The notes beneath the pieces are model-generated. The model was not told where the DNA came from, ran no database searches, and saw only the letters and a program-made list of their open reading frames with translations. 64,000 bases of DNA, from NCBI RefSeq assembly GCF_006345805.1, contig NC_042999.1, forward strand, positions 107,818,001 through 107,882,000. Reading direction: 5' to 3'. Shown one piece after another: positions 63,041 through 64,000 of the stretch. How positions within the stretch are numbered: the stretch's first letter is position 1; the number at the start of each line of letters is the position of its first letter. The translations under genes and the position numbers were made by a program. This stretch comes from Octopus sinensis (lineage: Eukaryota).

Positions 63041-64000
63041 ATTTAAACATGCCAGATATTGAAGCAGTTTGTGATAGAGAATTTAATAGATTAAAAAAAT
63101 TTTTATTTTGGTATTTTATTTTTTGGGATGTGACTTGATAATTTTGTGACCATTCTAAGATCCTTGGTATACAAGGAAGTTTGTATGGTGTACAAGCAAC
63201 AACCTACACTGGAAATAATACTGTATGGATCTATAACTGATAATGTGCTAGTTCACACATATATATCTCTGCATATATATAAATAGAGAGAAGTGTGTAT
63301 TTGTGTATCTACATTGATTATTATAAATCACTTATTAATTTTATTGAATTCTAATAATTAAGGAAAACAAAACAAAACAAAAAAAACAATATCTTGTATT
63401 TTTTAATGTATTTATTCAATTTTCTGTTTCATATAAATCTGTTTCAGAAATTCTCATTCTTTTAATATTGCCTTCTCTAAATTATAGTTAACTATAGTGT
63501 ACTTTCAGTTCTCCTTAGTTCTGACAATGCATCCTAATTATTATTATTATTTTTTTTACATAGTTGTAGCTGTGTTGATGTAATCTTTAAAGACAGTACC
63601 ACCTAACATATTTAGCAAGAATGGTAATTATATTTTTAATTGTTAACTGTTCATAAACAAAGGAATGGAATTGCAGGTCTGTTTCAAAGAAAACAGAATA
63701 ATGTTTGAAACTTGGCATTGTTAAATGTTGTGAGAATATTCAGTGTTCATTAAATTGTTGTGTTGAAGTAGATATGTAGAAAAATTGAGAGCCATTGATA
63801 TTTGCATGATATATCACTTGAAATGATAGATTAACAGTCATGGTGATATGAATATTGTCTTGTAGGTAGAAAATGATTGAAATGACTCCTTTGTATTTAG
63901 CATAACTATAGTTTGATAAATTCACATGGAGAAACAAAAGCCATTGGAAAAGAAGATAATCATAATCATCCAAATACAACAGGAATTTATTAATCCTTAC

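Overview
AT-rich, repeat-dense animal genomic DNA. The SINE families, TA/TG microsatellites and LINE fragments resemble an Octopus (coleoid cephalopod) genome; this is recalled from repeat consensus sequences, not from a search. I could not confidently identify a protein-coding gene, rRNA, true tRNA gene or CRISPR array. Most ORFs in the track are microsatellite artefacts. The real coding relics are retrotransposons: a Tx1/L1-clade fragment (645-2400, -), a CR1-like RT (51.3-53.2 kb, +), an R4/Dong-like element (56.9-59.9 kb, -), RTE fragments and an L2/CR1-like fragment. The first ~8.6 kb looks CpG-rich and the rest CpG-poor. That pattern, plus a cluster of small exon-like segments at 7.5-9.1 kb, suggests the start of a long, mostly intronic + strand gene that I could not identify. 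Three observations stand out. (1) Several different minimal type I hammerhead-ribozyme motifs, including a ~350-nt partially tandem, highly structured retrozyme/Penelope-like unit at 32 kb and a spacerless 161-bp palindrome carrying a hammerhead in each arm at 6.1-6.4 kb. (2) A Tx1/L1-clade LINE whose last ~45 nt match the 3' tail of a local SINE subfamily, a candidate LINE-SINE partnership. (3) Cleanly nested transposons with readable target-site duplications (TSDs). Repeat boundaries without a stated TSD are approximate, read by eye.
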